Source: an uncultured delta proteobacterium
GTDB taxonomy: Bacteria; Myxococcota_A; Polyangia; Polyangiales; JAFGIB01
Length of the DNA stretch: 64,000 nt
Reading direction: 5' to 3'
Assembly (NCBI GenBank): GCA_963778655.1
Contig: CAVZVA010000009.1
Coordinates: 960,001-1,024,000, forward strand
The notes beneath the pieces are model-generated. The model worked only from the letters and a program-made list of their open reading frames with translations. It made no database searches and was not told the origin of the DNA. A program made the translations under genes and the position numbers. Below are positions 1 to 9,163 of the stretch, piece after piece (within the stretch, counting starts at the first letter, position 1; every line of letters starts with the position of its first letter).

Positions 1-2
1 TG

Positions 3-2018
3 GAAGGCCCGGTTCCCATCGGGCTTCCGCTGCGCAACACGCGGTTCTACGTGCTCGATCGCCGCGGCCGCCTAGCGCCCGACGGGCTGCCTGGAGAGCT
101 CTGCATCGCAGGCAGAGGCGTGGCCAAGGGCTACGTCGGGCAGCGGCCCGAGGGCGATTCGGTCTTCGTCCGAGATCCGTTTCAGCCAGGCGCGAGCGGG
201 CCGATGTACCGAACCGGCGATCGAGTCCGATGGAATGCGGACGGCGAGCTGGAGTTCCTCGGTCGCTACGACGGCCAGATCAAGATGCGCGGGTTTCGAA
301 TTGAGCCCGCCGAGATCGAGGAGGTTTTGCTCCGGCACCCGTGCGTGAGGCTGTGCGCGGTGGTCGTCCACCGACTTGCTGGCCGTGACCAGTTGGTCGC
401 GTTCGTCGAGTTGCAGCAACCAGGCGTCGAGCTCGGCGAGCTGCGCCGGCATGCGGAGGGGTTTCTGCCTCGCTACATGGTCCCTCATGCATTCGTGGTT
501 CGCGATGCGTTGCCGACACTTTCGAGCGGCAAGATCGATCGCAAGAGCCTGGCGCTCGCAGCCCCAGATGCGACGCGATCCATCGTCCACCGGGAGCCGG
601 CCACGGCACTCGAGGCGGCGCTGCTGCGGATTTGGAGAGAGGAGCTCGTTGCGCCGGCGGTCGGCGTCGACGAGGACTTTGCAGACGCAGGAGGCGACTC
701 GCTGCTCGCGCTACCGTTGCTCGCCCGTCTGCGCAGCGAGCTCGGACAAGCAGTCACATTGCCACTCCTTCTGGAGAACCCGACGGTGGCGAAGCTCGCG
801 ATGGCTCTGGAACGAAGTGCTCGTATCGGGCCTGAAGCATCGTCTATGGCCCCCGGCGATGCGGTGGGAACGAGGAGCAATGCGAAGATTCTCGACAGGG
901 CGCTTGACCAAGGGCTAGACGGGCCGGTGATTGCCGCCGCCTTGGCCACGGTTCCGGACGCAATGCTTCCTCACGTCGCGGACGCGAGCTGGAGAGGTTC
1001 TCCGATGTGGGTCGCATCCCTGCACACGGATTGGGGAACGCTGGCGCTCCTGACCCTGCCTGTCGCTGACTCCGAGGTCTACGACGAGCGCGGGCGGCTC
1101 CAGGCGCGATGCCAGGATGCGCTCGTGCTGGCTTCGGAGCTCGGGGCCAAGACGGTGTCGCTCACCGGGCTCACGGCCTCTGCCACGGGTTACGGCCGTT
1201 TGCTCAGTGTGCCCGACGAGCGCATCAAGATCACGACTGGGCACGCGACCACCTGCGGTGCGGTGGTTCTCACCCTCGCTGGACTGCTGCGAGAGACGGG
1301 TCGCCGCATCGACGAGGAGAGGCTCGCCATCGTCGGTTTGGGCTCCATGGGGCATGGTGTCATGCGCCTGCTACTCGCGCTGGGAATGCATCCCAAATCG
1401 CTGGTGCTGGCGGATACGCCGGCGCGAGCATCCCGTCTGCTGAGAATCGAAGCGGAAGCCAGAAGCCTGGGCTACCTCGGCGAAGCGATGTGCTGCTCGG
1501 CCGGAGCGCACGCCAGCCACAAGATATATGCGGCGACCGCGGTCGTCGGAGCAACGAACGTCGGCGGAGTCCTCGATGTTGCCCGCTTGCCAGCGGGTTG
1601 CCTGGTCGTAGACGACTCCGCACCTCACTGCTTTTCGGTCACGGCCGCGTTCGAGCGCATGAGAGTGCAGAGGGACGTTCTGTTTACGGGCGCAGGCGTG
1701 TTGCGCTGCCCGGAGCGCGTCGGGATCAAGGTGAGCCCGAGCTGGCCCGACCGCTCAGGGCACTCGATCGTCGCCGCCTTCGGTCCGGCCGCCGAAGAGA
1801 TTCCGGCTTGCATGTTGTCGAGCCTGATGACGACGGTGGCGCCTTCGGAGGCGGTGGCCACCGTCGGCGAGGCGCAACTCGAAGCCTTGCTGGGCCATTA
1901 CCGATGGCTGACTGCGCATCACGTCGGGCACGCCTCGTTTCACCTTCAGAGCCAGGCTATCGCAACCGCGGACCTCGTCGAGTTCGCCCGCAGATTCGGA
2001 CACCGGCTGGTCCTCTGA
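3..2018 (+). CDS. NRPS, 5'-truncated: end of adenylation domain + PCP + C-terminal Rossmann domain resembling acyl-ACP reductase/COG5322
   Basis: A-domain motifs GELCIAG, YRTGD, GRYDGQIKMRGFRIE, LPTLSSGKIDR; PCP motif GGDSL; C-terminal domain with ITTGH, IVGLGSMG, VGATN, VDDSAP, IPACML. The frame is open to the left edge. Confidence 0.88.
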   Translation, partial: EGPVPIGLPLRNTRFYVLDRRGRLAPDGLPGELCIAGRGVAKGYVGQRPEGDSVFVRDPFQPGASGPMYRTGDRVRWNADGELEFLGRYDGQIKMRGFRIEPAEIEEVLLRHPCVRLCAVVVHRLAGRDQLVAFVELQQPGVELGELRRHAEGFLPRYMVPHAFVVRDALPTLSSGKIDRKSLALAAPDATRSIVHREPATALEAALLRIWREELVAPAVGVDEDFADAGGDSLLALPLLARLRSELGQAVTLPLLLENPTVAKLAMALERSARIGPEASSMAPGDAVGTRSNAKILDRALDQGLDGPVIAAALATVPDAMLPHVADASWRGSPMWVASLHTDWGTLALLTLPVADSEVYDERGRLQARCQDALVLASELGAKTVSLTGLTASATGYGRLLSVPDERIKITTGHATTCGAVVLTLAGLLRETGRRIDEERLAIVGLGSMGHGVMRLLLALGMHPKSLVLADTPARASRLLRIEAEARSLGYLGEAMCCSAGAHASHKIYAATAVVGATNVGGVLDVARLPAGCLVVDDSAPHCFSVTAAFERMRVQRDVLFTGAGVLRCPERVGIKVSPSWPDRSGHSIVAAFGPAAEEIPACMLSSLMTTVAPSEAVATVGEAQLEALLGHYRWLTAHHVGHASFHLQSQAIATADLVEFARRFGHRLVL

Positions 2019-2095
2019 AGCAACTTCCAGGGCGGACCAGAGCCAGTGGCGTTTCCCCTGCGATCGGCGATTCGAATCGCCTCACCAGCAGCGGC

Positions 2096-5000
2096 TCAGG
2101 ACCGATCTTGCGTGGGGTGGGCAAATCCAGGTGCGTAGGTGGCGACCCACCGCTCCGGGTGCTTGACCCCCTGCGCCCTCAGGGCCGCATCCACGGCGTC
2201 GATCTCTCGTGTCCCATCGAGGCCGCCTCTCATCGCTCCGCGGTTCCGCCGAGCGTACAAGGTGAAGAGCGGCATCTGGCTGCGGTCGCAAGTCGCTACT
2301 GCCTCGTCGAGAAGCTGGAGCGCGTGCTCCTTCCGGCCCTCGATCCGAGCGATCCCCGCACGCGCAATCAGCGACCAGGCCTTCGCGTCCGTCCGGCCCA
2401 TGTGTTGCAGCGTGGTGGCCTGCTCGCGGGCGACGCGAAGCGCCTTCAAGACGTCCCCGCCCCCTTGAGCGGCGCCGAGGGCGGCGCGCGCCAGAAACCA
2501 GTGTCCGAGCACCCGGATCGGCAGCGCCCGAAACAGGAGACTGTGTTGGAACGCCTCCCAATGCGAAAGGTGATGGGCCAGCGCATCGGAGCCGCGACCG
2601 CAGTACAGGTGGACGTCGACGGTGCGGTGGACTCCCCACAGTCGCAGCGTCGTGAACTCGCCGGTCGCCAGGTCGCGTTGCTCCCGCAGGATTTCTAGCG
2701 CTGAGGAAGGGTCGTCGGCCATCAGCCGCGATGCGGGCACCGCCAACGCCAGGAAACCTCGCGAGAAGTGATCATCGCGCTCCAGCGCTTGGCGGGCCAG
2801 ATCAGGCGCCTCGCGTGCCACCTCGAGCAAGCTGCCGGTCTGCTCGATCGCCCCCAGACGGAAGGTCGTGAGTAGATTCTGTTCCCAGGAGGTGCCCGGG
2901 CAGTAATTGCGAAAGGTCTCCAGCGCTTCCGAAGCAGGCGCCAAGGCGTCGGCGAAACGAGCGAAGAAGAACTCGCAGCCGGCTCGTGCCATTTGCGCGG
3001 TGGCGTGTGCGTAAGGTGTGCCGACCGTGGACGCGACCTCCTCCGTGCGCGCCAGTAGCGCTCGAGTACGGGCCTCGTTTCGGGAGCCGCCGATCAGGGC
3101 GGCGTCGAATGCTTCCCATGCCAAACCGAGCAGCAGCCGGTTCGGCTCGCCAGCGCGCAGCACCTCGCTCAGATAGCGCCGCTGGAGCGCGGCCCCGCGA
3201 AGCGCATCGATCGCGGAAAGCTCGCGAAACACTGAGCCGAGCACGTCGACTCGCTCGACAATGAAAGGCGGAACATCGCGGGCGTTGCGCAGGCCCGTAT
3301 CGAGCCCACGCACGGCGATCGACAACTTGCTCCACATCAGCGTGCCGAGCACCGCTGCCGTGCTGCGAGGCCAGGCGACGCCGACGCCCCTCAGAAGCTC
3401 TTTGGTGAGGGCCACGCCCTCCTCGATTCTCCCGCTGCGCAGGTACTGCTGGGCGGCCATCCGCTGCAGAGCTCGCGCTTCCGCCCCTTCGAGCCCCTCC
3501 GCCGCCTGCAGGTACGCTTCCGCCGCTTGTGCGCCGCGGCCGGCGTTGGCGAGGGCGTCACCCAGGTGCTTGTGCAGCTCGCGCCCGGTCGCGTCATCGG
3601 GCGGGACGAGGTCGATCGCCTTGCGGAACAGGTCCGCAGCGCGGTTGAAGGCGAGCTTGGCCGCCGCGGCGTGGGCCGCTTGCATGGCGGTCTCGCCAGC
3701 ACGGCCGCCGTCGCCGGCCCCGCTGTAATGCACGACCAGACGTTCGGGGTCGCCCACGTCGTGGTGCTCCATCGCGTCCGCGATGTGAGCGTGGATGTTG
3801 CGCACCACGTCCGGATGCAAGTTGCGCACGACGGTTTCGCGCACGCGGTCGTGGTAGGTCTCTGCGCGGTCGGTCTGACGCGTGCCGCGGGTCCGAATCA
3901 GCCGGGCCGCCCGCAGCGCCAGCAGGGCCGAGCGGTCGCCGGTCTGTAGCGCCGCCGCCTCGATCGCGACGCCCTGCTCGAGCGGTCCCGCGGCCACGCT
4001 GAGCACGCGCAACAGGCGCTGCGCGTCTTCGGGCATGCCGGCGATGCGCTCGAGGATGACCTGGTCGAGCGAGACCGGCTGGGCGGCCAGCGCGAAGTGA
4101 CCCTGCTCGGAATGGGTCTTGAGGTGATGGACCAGCTCGGCGATGAAGAATGGGACGCCCTCGGCCTCGGCGGCGACGGTCTCGGCGAGCAGCCCACCGG
4201 CCTCGCCCAGCTCGCGCAGCAGCGCGGATGCCAGCTGTCGGGCCTCGTCCTCGCCGAGCGCGTCGACCGCCAGCTCGCGCACCTCGGCCGAGCCCTCGCG
4301 CAAGCTGCGCTCGCCGACGATGTGCTGCAGAAATGGGCTGTTGTCGGCCTCGTCCCGGCGGTAGGTGCCGACCAGGAGCAAGGGCGGCGGCTCCGGCGGT
4401 CCCATCAAGAAGGCCATCAATCGGGCGCTGTCCATATCCGCCCACTGCAGGTCGTCGATGTTCAGCACTAGCGGCTGGTAGTCGGTGATGCGCAGCAACA
4501 GATCTTTGAGCGCGGCAAACGCCTGGTTGCGCAGCTCGCGCGCGTCGGTGGTCTGCTTCTGCGAGCGGCGGGCATGGGCGACGGCCTTGACGCGCTTGAG
4601 CACCGGAAACAGCAGCGCCAGCGAGTGCACATTGCGCGGCAAGAGCTCGGCAGCCTGCTCGGCCGGCAAGCGCATCATGTAGCGGCTGAGCGCGTCGATG
4701 ATGTTGTCGAAGGCTTTGTAGGGCACGTTTTCGCGCTCGTAGCAGCGACCGCGCAGCACCACCGCCTCGTCGGAGCGGATCAGCTCGTTGGCGAAGCAGC
4801 GGACCAGCGCGCTCTTGCCCATGCCCGACAGGCCGTGCACGAACACCGTGACCGGCTTGCGATTGCGGCTGACCTCGAAGGCGTCGCGCAGCTCCGTCAG
4901 GTGCTGCTCGCGTCCGACGAACAGCTCTCCCTGTTTGCGGATTACGGCCGACGCCTGAGCGTCGAAGACTGGGGGCGGCACCGAGTGACCGGTCAGGTAG

Positions 5001-5932
5001 CGCAGGATCTCGCTGCCACTCGGGCGCTGCGTGGGATCGCGGTGCAGCAGGTCGCGGCAGAGCTGATCGAGATCATCCGGCACACCCTTGACCAGGTCGC
5101 TCGGCGGCACCGGCTCGGCTTCGTTCTTGAGTCGCAGGATCTCCAGCACCGTGCCGTCGAACGGCAGCTGGCCCGTGAGCGCCTCGTACAGCATGCAGCC
5201 GACCGCGTACCAGTCGCTGGCTGTGGAGATGGCGTCGCCCGCGGCCTGCTCGGGTGACATGTACGCGGGCGTTCCGAACACGCAGCCTCCGACCGAGCGC
5301 TCGGCGTCCTGAGCTTCCACCTCGACCAGCGTGCTGCTGCTGACCAGCCCGAAGTCGAGCACGACCACGCGTCCTTCGGGCGTCACCAGCACGTTGCTCG
5401 GCTTGAGATCGCGGTGCAGCTTGCCCGCGTCGTGCAAGGCCGCGACCGCTTCCACCAGCTGGCGCAGCGCGTGGCGCAGGCGCTTGACGTTCGCCGTCAC
5501 GTGCGGCAGCGGGAACTCGCTGCCGATGGCGCGCTGGCTGAGCGTGATCGAGACGTCGCGCATGAAGCGCCCGGCGAGCGTCGGCGCCTTCCAGCGCTCG
5601 GGCGGATCGCTGCCGCCGCGCGACTCGGTCACGTATGCGTCGAAGCTCTGTCCCTCCACCAGCTCCATGGTGAAGAACCACAGCCCGCCCTCGTTGCACA
5701 GCTCGTGCAGCGTCACGAGGTTGGGGTGGCTCAGGTCGGCGAGCTGGCGGAACTCGTTCTTGAGCCGGTAGATGTTGATGGCGTCGCGCTGGCTCAACGC
5801 CTTGAGCGCGACCCGCGCGTTGCGCTCGAGATCGAGCGCCTGGTAGACCACGCCCATACCGCCTTGTCCGAGCTGGCGCTCGATTACGAAGCGCTTGGTG
5901 CTCAGGAAGCTGTGGGCGGCTTGGGGCTGCAT
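2096..5932 (-). CDS. Hanks-type Ser/Thr protein kinase fused to AAA/P-loop ATPase and helical repeat region
   Basis: LGQGGMGVVY, VALK, HRDLKPSN, DFG, GTPAYMSPE; FVGRE and Walker A GLSGMGKS; Walker B IDDLQWAD. Confidence 0.93.
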   Translation of the reverse strand: MQPQAAHSFLSTKRFVIERQLGQGGMGVVYQALDLERNARVALKALSQRDAINIYRLKNEFRQLADLSHPNLVTLHELCNEGGLWFFTMELVEGQSFDAYVTESRGGSDPPERWKAPTLAGRFMRDVSITLSQRAIGSEFPLPHVTANVKRLRHALRQLVEAVAALHDAGKLHRDLKPSNVLVTPEGRVVVLDFGLVSSSTLVEVEAQDAERSVGGCVFGTPAYMSPEQAAGDAISTASDWYAVGCMLYEALTGQLPFDGTVLEILRLKNEAEPVPPSDLVKGVPDDLDQLCRDLLHRDPTQRPSGSEILRYLTGHSVPPPVFDAQASAVIRKQGELFVGREQHLTELRDAFEVSRNRKPVTVFVHGLSGMGKSALVRCFANELIRSDEAVVLRGRCYERENVPYKAFDNIIDALSRYMMRLPAEQAAELLPRNVHSLALLFPVLKRVKAVAHARRSQKQTTDARELRNQAFAALKDLLLRITDYQPLVLNIDDLQWADMDSARLMAFLMGPPEPPPLLLVGTYRRDEADNSPFLQHIVGERSLREGSAEVRELAVDALGEDEARQLASALLRELGEAGGLLAETVAAEAEGVPFFIAELVHHLKTHSEQGHFALAAQPVSLDQVILERIAGMPEDAQRLLRVLSVAAGPLEQGVAIEAAALQTGDRSALLALRAARLIRTRGTRQTDRAETYHDRVRETVVRNLHPDVVRNIHAHIADAMEHHDVGDPERLVVHYSGAGDGGRAGETAMQAAHAAAAKLAFNRAADLFRKAIDLVPPDDATGRELHKHLGDALANAGRGAQAAEAYLQAAEGLEGAEARALQRMAAQQYLRSGRIEEGVALTKELLRGVGVAWPRSTAAVLGTLMWSKLSIAVRGLDTGLRNARDVPPFIVERVDVLGSVFRELSAIDALRGAALQRRYLSEVLRAGEPNRLLLGLAWEAFDAALIGGSRNEARTRALLARTEEVASTVGTPYAHATAQMARAGCEFFFARFADALAPASEALETFRNYCPGTSWEQNLLTTFRLGAIEQTGSLLEVAREAPDLARQALERDDHFSRGFLALAVPASRLMADDPSSALEILREQRDLATGEFTTLRLWGVHRTVDVHLYCGRGSDALAHHLSHWEAFQHSLLFRALPIRVLGHWFLARAALGAAQGGGDVLKALRVAREQATTLQHMGRTDAKAWSLIARAGIARIEGRKEHALQLLDEAVATCDRSQMPLFTLYARRNRGAMRGGLDGTREIDAVDAALRAQGVKHPERWVATYAPGFAHPTQDRS

Positions 5933-6049
5933 GCGATCGTCCCAGATCGGCAGTGGGCGCCAAATTGTTCTGCAGCGCGCCTCCCGAGATCAATGACGGC
6001 ACCAGTATTTTTTTTCGACTCAGATGTATGCACGTGTAGGGTCATCGAC

Positions 6050-6076
6050 CATTAGATAAATCATTCTCATTAGATA
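6050..6076. promoter_or_regulatory. Candidate operator in AT-rich divergent promoter region
   Basis: CATTAGATA direct repeat at 6050-6058 and 6068-6076, overlapping a Fur-box-like GATAAATCATTCTCATT. Confidence 0.35.
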
Positions 6077-6303
6077 CGTGGCGTGCGCCGCATGTGAATT
6101 TCTTCGTGAATAACGCGTGTAATGCGGTGGATAGGCGGTGGACAGGGAGTGAGCAGCTGCGCGCCTCGGTGACCTGGCAGGAATCTCGAGAAGCGCGAGT
6201 TGGTGTGTGAAAGGCGTCACGGGCGGGCGCGTGCGAACGTCGTAAGCTTTGCACTTCCGCGCGAGGGAGCGGACGCGGTGCGCGGGGCGTACATGAGTCG
6301 GAC

Positions 6304-7575
6304 ATGATGACCGGAGAGAACCAGCCGCAACCGATCGCCACCGGAGACCTAGGCAAGACCCCGTTCGCCCACCTGGTGCTCTATCTCAACCGCGAGGGTC
6401 TGAGCGGGACCCTGGTGGTCGATCGCAGCGGCTTCGAAACGAAGATTCTGTTTCGCGCCGGCAAGGCCGTGGCGGCTCGCCCGCTGCCGAGAGGAACCGC
6501 GCTGCAGGAAGGGCTGCTCGAGCTGTGCGCGCTGGCCGACTCGCCTTATGCGTTCTGGGAAGGCGACCTGCTGGGCGACTCGCCGGGCGTGGTCAAGGGC
6601 ACCGTCAATCCGCTGACCTTCGTGGCGGACTCGTTGCGCGGCCACGTGCGTGAGGCCGTGGTTGTGTCGGTGCTGCAACGCTACCGCGGGGTCCGACTCG
6701 TGCTCGCCGCCAACGCCGACGTGCGCCGGCTGGGCCTGCACGGCCAGGCCGTGCGGCTGCTCGAGCGGCTGCGCGCCGTGCCAACCGCGCCCGAAGAGCT
6801 CGTCACGCGTCCTGAGCTGCCCACCGACGAAGCACGGCGCTTGTTGTACGTTGGGCTGGTCACCGGGCTGGTGGTCCCCGCCCAGGGCGCGCCGAGCAAC
6901 CGCTCCGGCGTACGCACGGCGGTGAGCTCGGCCCCGCCGCCCCCGTCCGAGCGAGTCTCCTCGCAGCCCGCGCGCTCGCCCTCGACGCCCTCGGCTCGCG
7001 CGCCGGGGTCGCTTTCGTCGCGCCCGAGCGCCTCCTCGCTGCCGGCCGCCGACCCGCGCGTTTCGTCGGCGCCGCGCCCTTCGCGCAGCTCGCTGCCCGC
7101 GTGGCAGCAACTCGCGTCGCTGCGGGCCGCCGCCCAAGGCAGCAGCATCCCGCCGGCGCGCGCGCCTACTCCGTCGATGGCGCCGCCGCCGCTCGAGGCG
7201 CTCGACGACGCGGGCAAGCTCAGGCGCGCCGAGCAATGGGTCGAGCGCCGCAACTACGCCGAGGCGATGCGGATCGCCGAGGAGCTGATTCAGCACGACG
7301 CGACCAATGCCGATCACGAAGCGCTGCGGGCGTGGATCCTGTACGCGCAGCTCACCGGCAACAAGCCGTCGCGTCTGCTGATCGAGGCCATCGACGCAGC
7401 CCTGCGGCTCGACCCCGAGCACCCGCGGGCGCTCTACATCAAGGGCATGGTGCTCAAGCGTCTGGGGCGACACCCCGAAGCGATACGGGCGTTTCAGCGC
7501 ACGCTCGAGGCAGACCCCAAGCACCTGGAGGCGCAGCGCGAGCTGCGCCTGGCCAAGATGCGACGCGAAAAGTAG
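6304..7575 (+). CDS. DUF4388-like N-terminal domain + Pro/Ser linker + C-terminal TPR protein
   Basis: GDL..TPFAHL..LSGTLVV N-terminus; low-complexity linker; TPR-like ALRLDPEHPRALY..G..L. Confidence 0.75.
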   Translation: MMTGENQPQPIATGDLGKTPFAHLVLYLNREGLSGTLVVDRSGFETKILFRAGKAVAARPLPRGTALQEGLLELCALADSPYAFWEGDLLGDSPGVVKGTVNPLTFVADSLRGHVREAVVVSVLQRYRGVRLVLAANADVRRLGLHGQAVRLLERLRAVPTAPEELVTRPELPTDEARRLLYVGLVTGLVVPAQGAPSNRSGVRTAVSSAPPPPSERVSSQPARSPSTPSARAPGSLSSRPSASSLPAADPRVSSAPRPSRSSLPAWQQLASLRAAAQGSSIPPARAPTPSMAPPPLEALDDAGKLRRAEQWVERRNYAEAMRIAEELIQHDATNADHEALRAWILYAQLTGNKPSRLLIEAIDAALRLDPEHPRALYIKGMVLKRLGRHPEAIRAFQRTLEADPKHLEAQRELRLAKMRREK

Positions 7576-7577
7576 GC

Positions 7578-7597
7578 GGCCGGGCGGACACCCGGCC
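7578..7597. terminator. GC-rich hairpin between convergent genes (possible bidirectional terminator)
   Basis: GGCCGGG-cggaca-CCCGGCC stem directly after the stop at 7575; no U-tract. Confidence 0.35.
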
Positions 7598-7606
7598 CTC
7601 CCGCGC

Positions 7607-8791
7607 TCAACAGATTTCGAACAGCCCGGCGGCACCCATACCGCCGCCGATGCACATGGTGACGACCGCGTATTTGGCCTTGCGCCGCTGGCCCTCGATC
7701 AACGCGTGGCCGGTCATGCGCGAGCCGCTCATGCCGTAGGGGTGGCCGATCGCGATCGCGCCGCCGTTGACGTTCAGGCGCTCCATCGGGATGCCGAGCT
7801 TGTCGCGGCAGTAGATCACCTGCACCGCAAACGCCTCGTTGAGCTCCCACAGGTCGATGTCGTCGACCTTCAAGCCGTTGCGCTTGAGCAACTTGGGGAT
7901 CGCGAATACCGGTCCGATGCCCATCTCGTCGGGCTCGCAGCCGGCCACTGCCAGCCCGCGGTACAGCCCCAGCGGCGAAAGCCCGCGCTTGGCGGCCAGC
8001 GAGCGCTCCATCAGCACGCAGGCCGAAGCCCCGTCCGAGAGCTGGCTGGCGTTGCCGGCGGTGATGAAGCCACCTTCGCCGCGCACCGGCTTGAGGCTCG
8101 CCAGCCCCTTCAGGCTGGTGTCGGGCCGGTTGCCCTCGTCGCGGGTCAGCGTGACCTGCTCGTAGCTGACCGCCTTGGTCTCCTTGTTCACGTTCGCGCG
8201 CGTGGTCGCAAGCGGCACGATCTCGGCGTCGAGCTTTCCTTCGCGCTGCGCGGCCGCGATGCGCATCTGGCTCTGGTAGGAGTACTCGTCCTGCGGCTCG
8301 CGCCCGATCTTGTAGCGCTTGGAGACGATCTCGGCGGTGTCGATCATCGGCAGGTAGAGCTCGGGCTTGGTCTTCAGCAGCTGCGGGTCCTGCGCCCGGT
8401 AGCGGTTCTGGTGCTCGTTCTGCACCAGGCTGATCGAGTCGATTCCGCCTCCCACCATCACGTCGACGCCGTCGCACACGATGGTCTTGGCTGCGGTCGC
8501 GATCGCCATCAGCCCCGAGGAGCACTGGCGATCGACGCTCATGCCTGCGGTGGTCACGGGCAGCCCTGCAGCCAGCGCGCACTGGCGCGCGACGTTGAAA
8601 CCCTGCGTGCCCTGTTGCAGCGCGGCTCCCATGATCACGTCCTCGACTTCCTGCGGATCGAGGCGGGCGCGCTTGACCGCCTCGCGGATCACGTGCCCGC
8701 CGAGGCTGGGCGATTCAGTGTTGTTGAAGGCGCCGCGAAACGCCTTGCCGATCGGCGTGCGGGCGGTGGACACGATCACGGCTTCTCTCAT
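7607..8791 (-). CDS. Acetyl-CoA C-acyltransferase (thiolase)
   Basis: [15 protein letters not shown] start; RQCSSG catalytic Cys, NEAF, GHPYG, CIGGGMG. Confidence 0.95.
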   Translation of the reverse strand: MREAVIVSTARTPIGKAFRGAFNNTESPSLGGHVIREAVKRARLDPQEVEDVIMGAALQQGTQGFNVARQCALAAGLPVTTAGMSVDRQCSSGLMAIATAAKTIVCDGVDVMVGGGIDSISLVQNEHQNRYRAQDPQLLKTKPELYLPMIDTAEIVSKRYKIGREPQDEYSYQSQMRIAAAQREGKLDAEIVPLATTRANVNKETKAVSYEQVTLTRDEGNRPDTSLKGLASLKPVRGEGGFITAGNASQLSDGASACVLMERSLAAKRGLSPLGLYRGLAVAGCEPDEMGIGPVFAIPKLLKRNGLKVDDIDLWELNEAFAVQVIYCRDKLGIPMERLNVNGGAIAIGHPYGMSGSRMTGHALIEGQRRKAKYAVVTMCIGGGMGAAGLFEIC

Positions 8792-9163
8792 CGTGGGCTC
8801 CAATCTTTCGAGACGTTCGGGTGCTCGGCGGTCGAGCTTCGCGAACGTAGCGAGTCGTCCGCGATTCGCAACAAGGACGCGGCACGGCGCGGTCGCCGGG
8901 ACCCGGGGCACACCCGGCCATTTTGAAATTTTCCATGTAGGGAGCACGGCAGCAGGCATCCGCTGGCCCCGGAGTCGATCGTCCTTGCGCGCCTGCCGGC
9001 CCGGGGCCAATTGCGAGCGGACTCACCGCCGAGCGCAAAAGTCATTTCCTTCGTCCCCGCGGCTCCCTATGCTGGGCGACCCTGTCTTCGGGGGGGGCCT
9101 CGGAGCGGCCGCGTTGTGCGCTCCGATCCGAATCAACCGCACGCCGCGATTGTCTGTGGCTCG

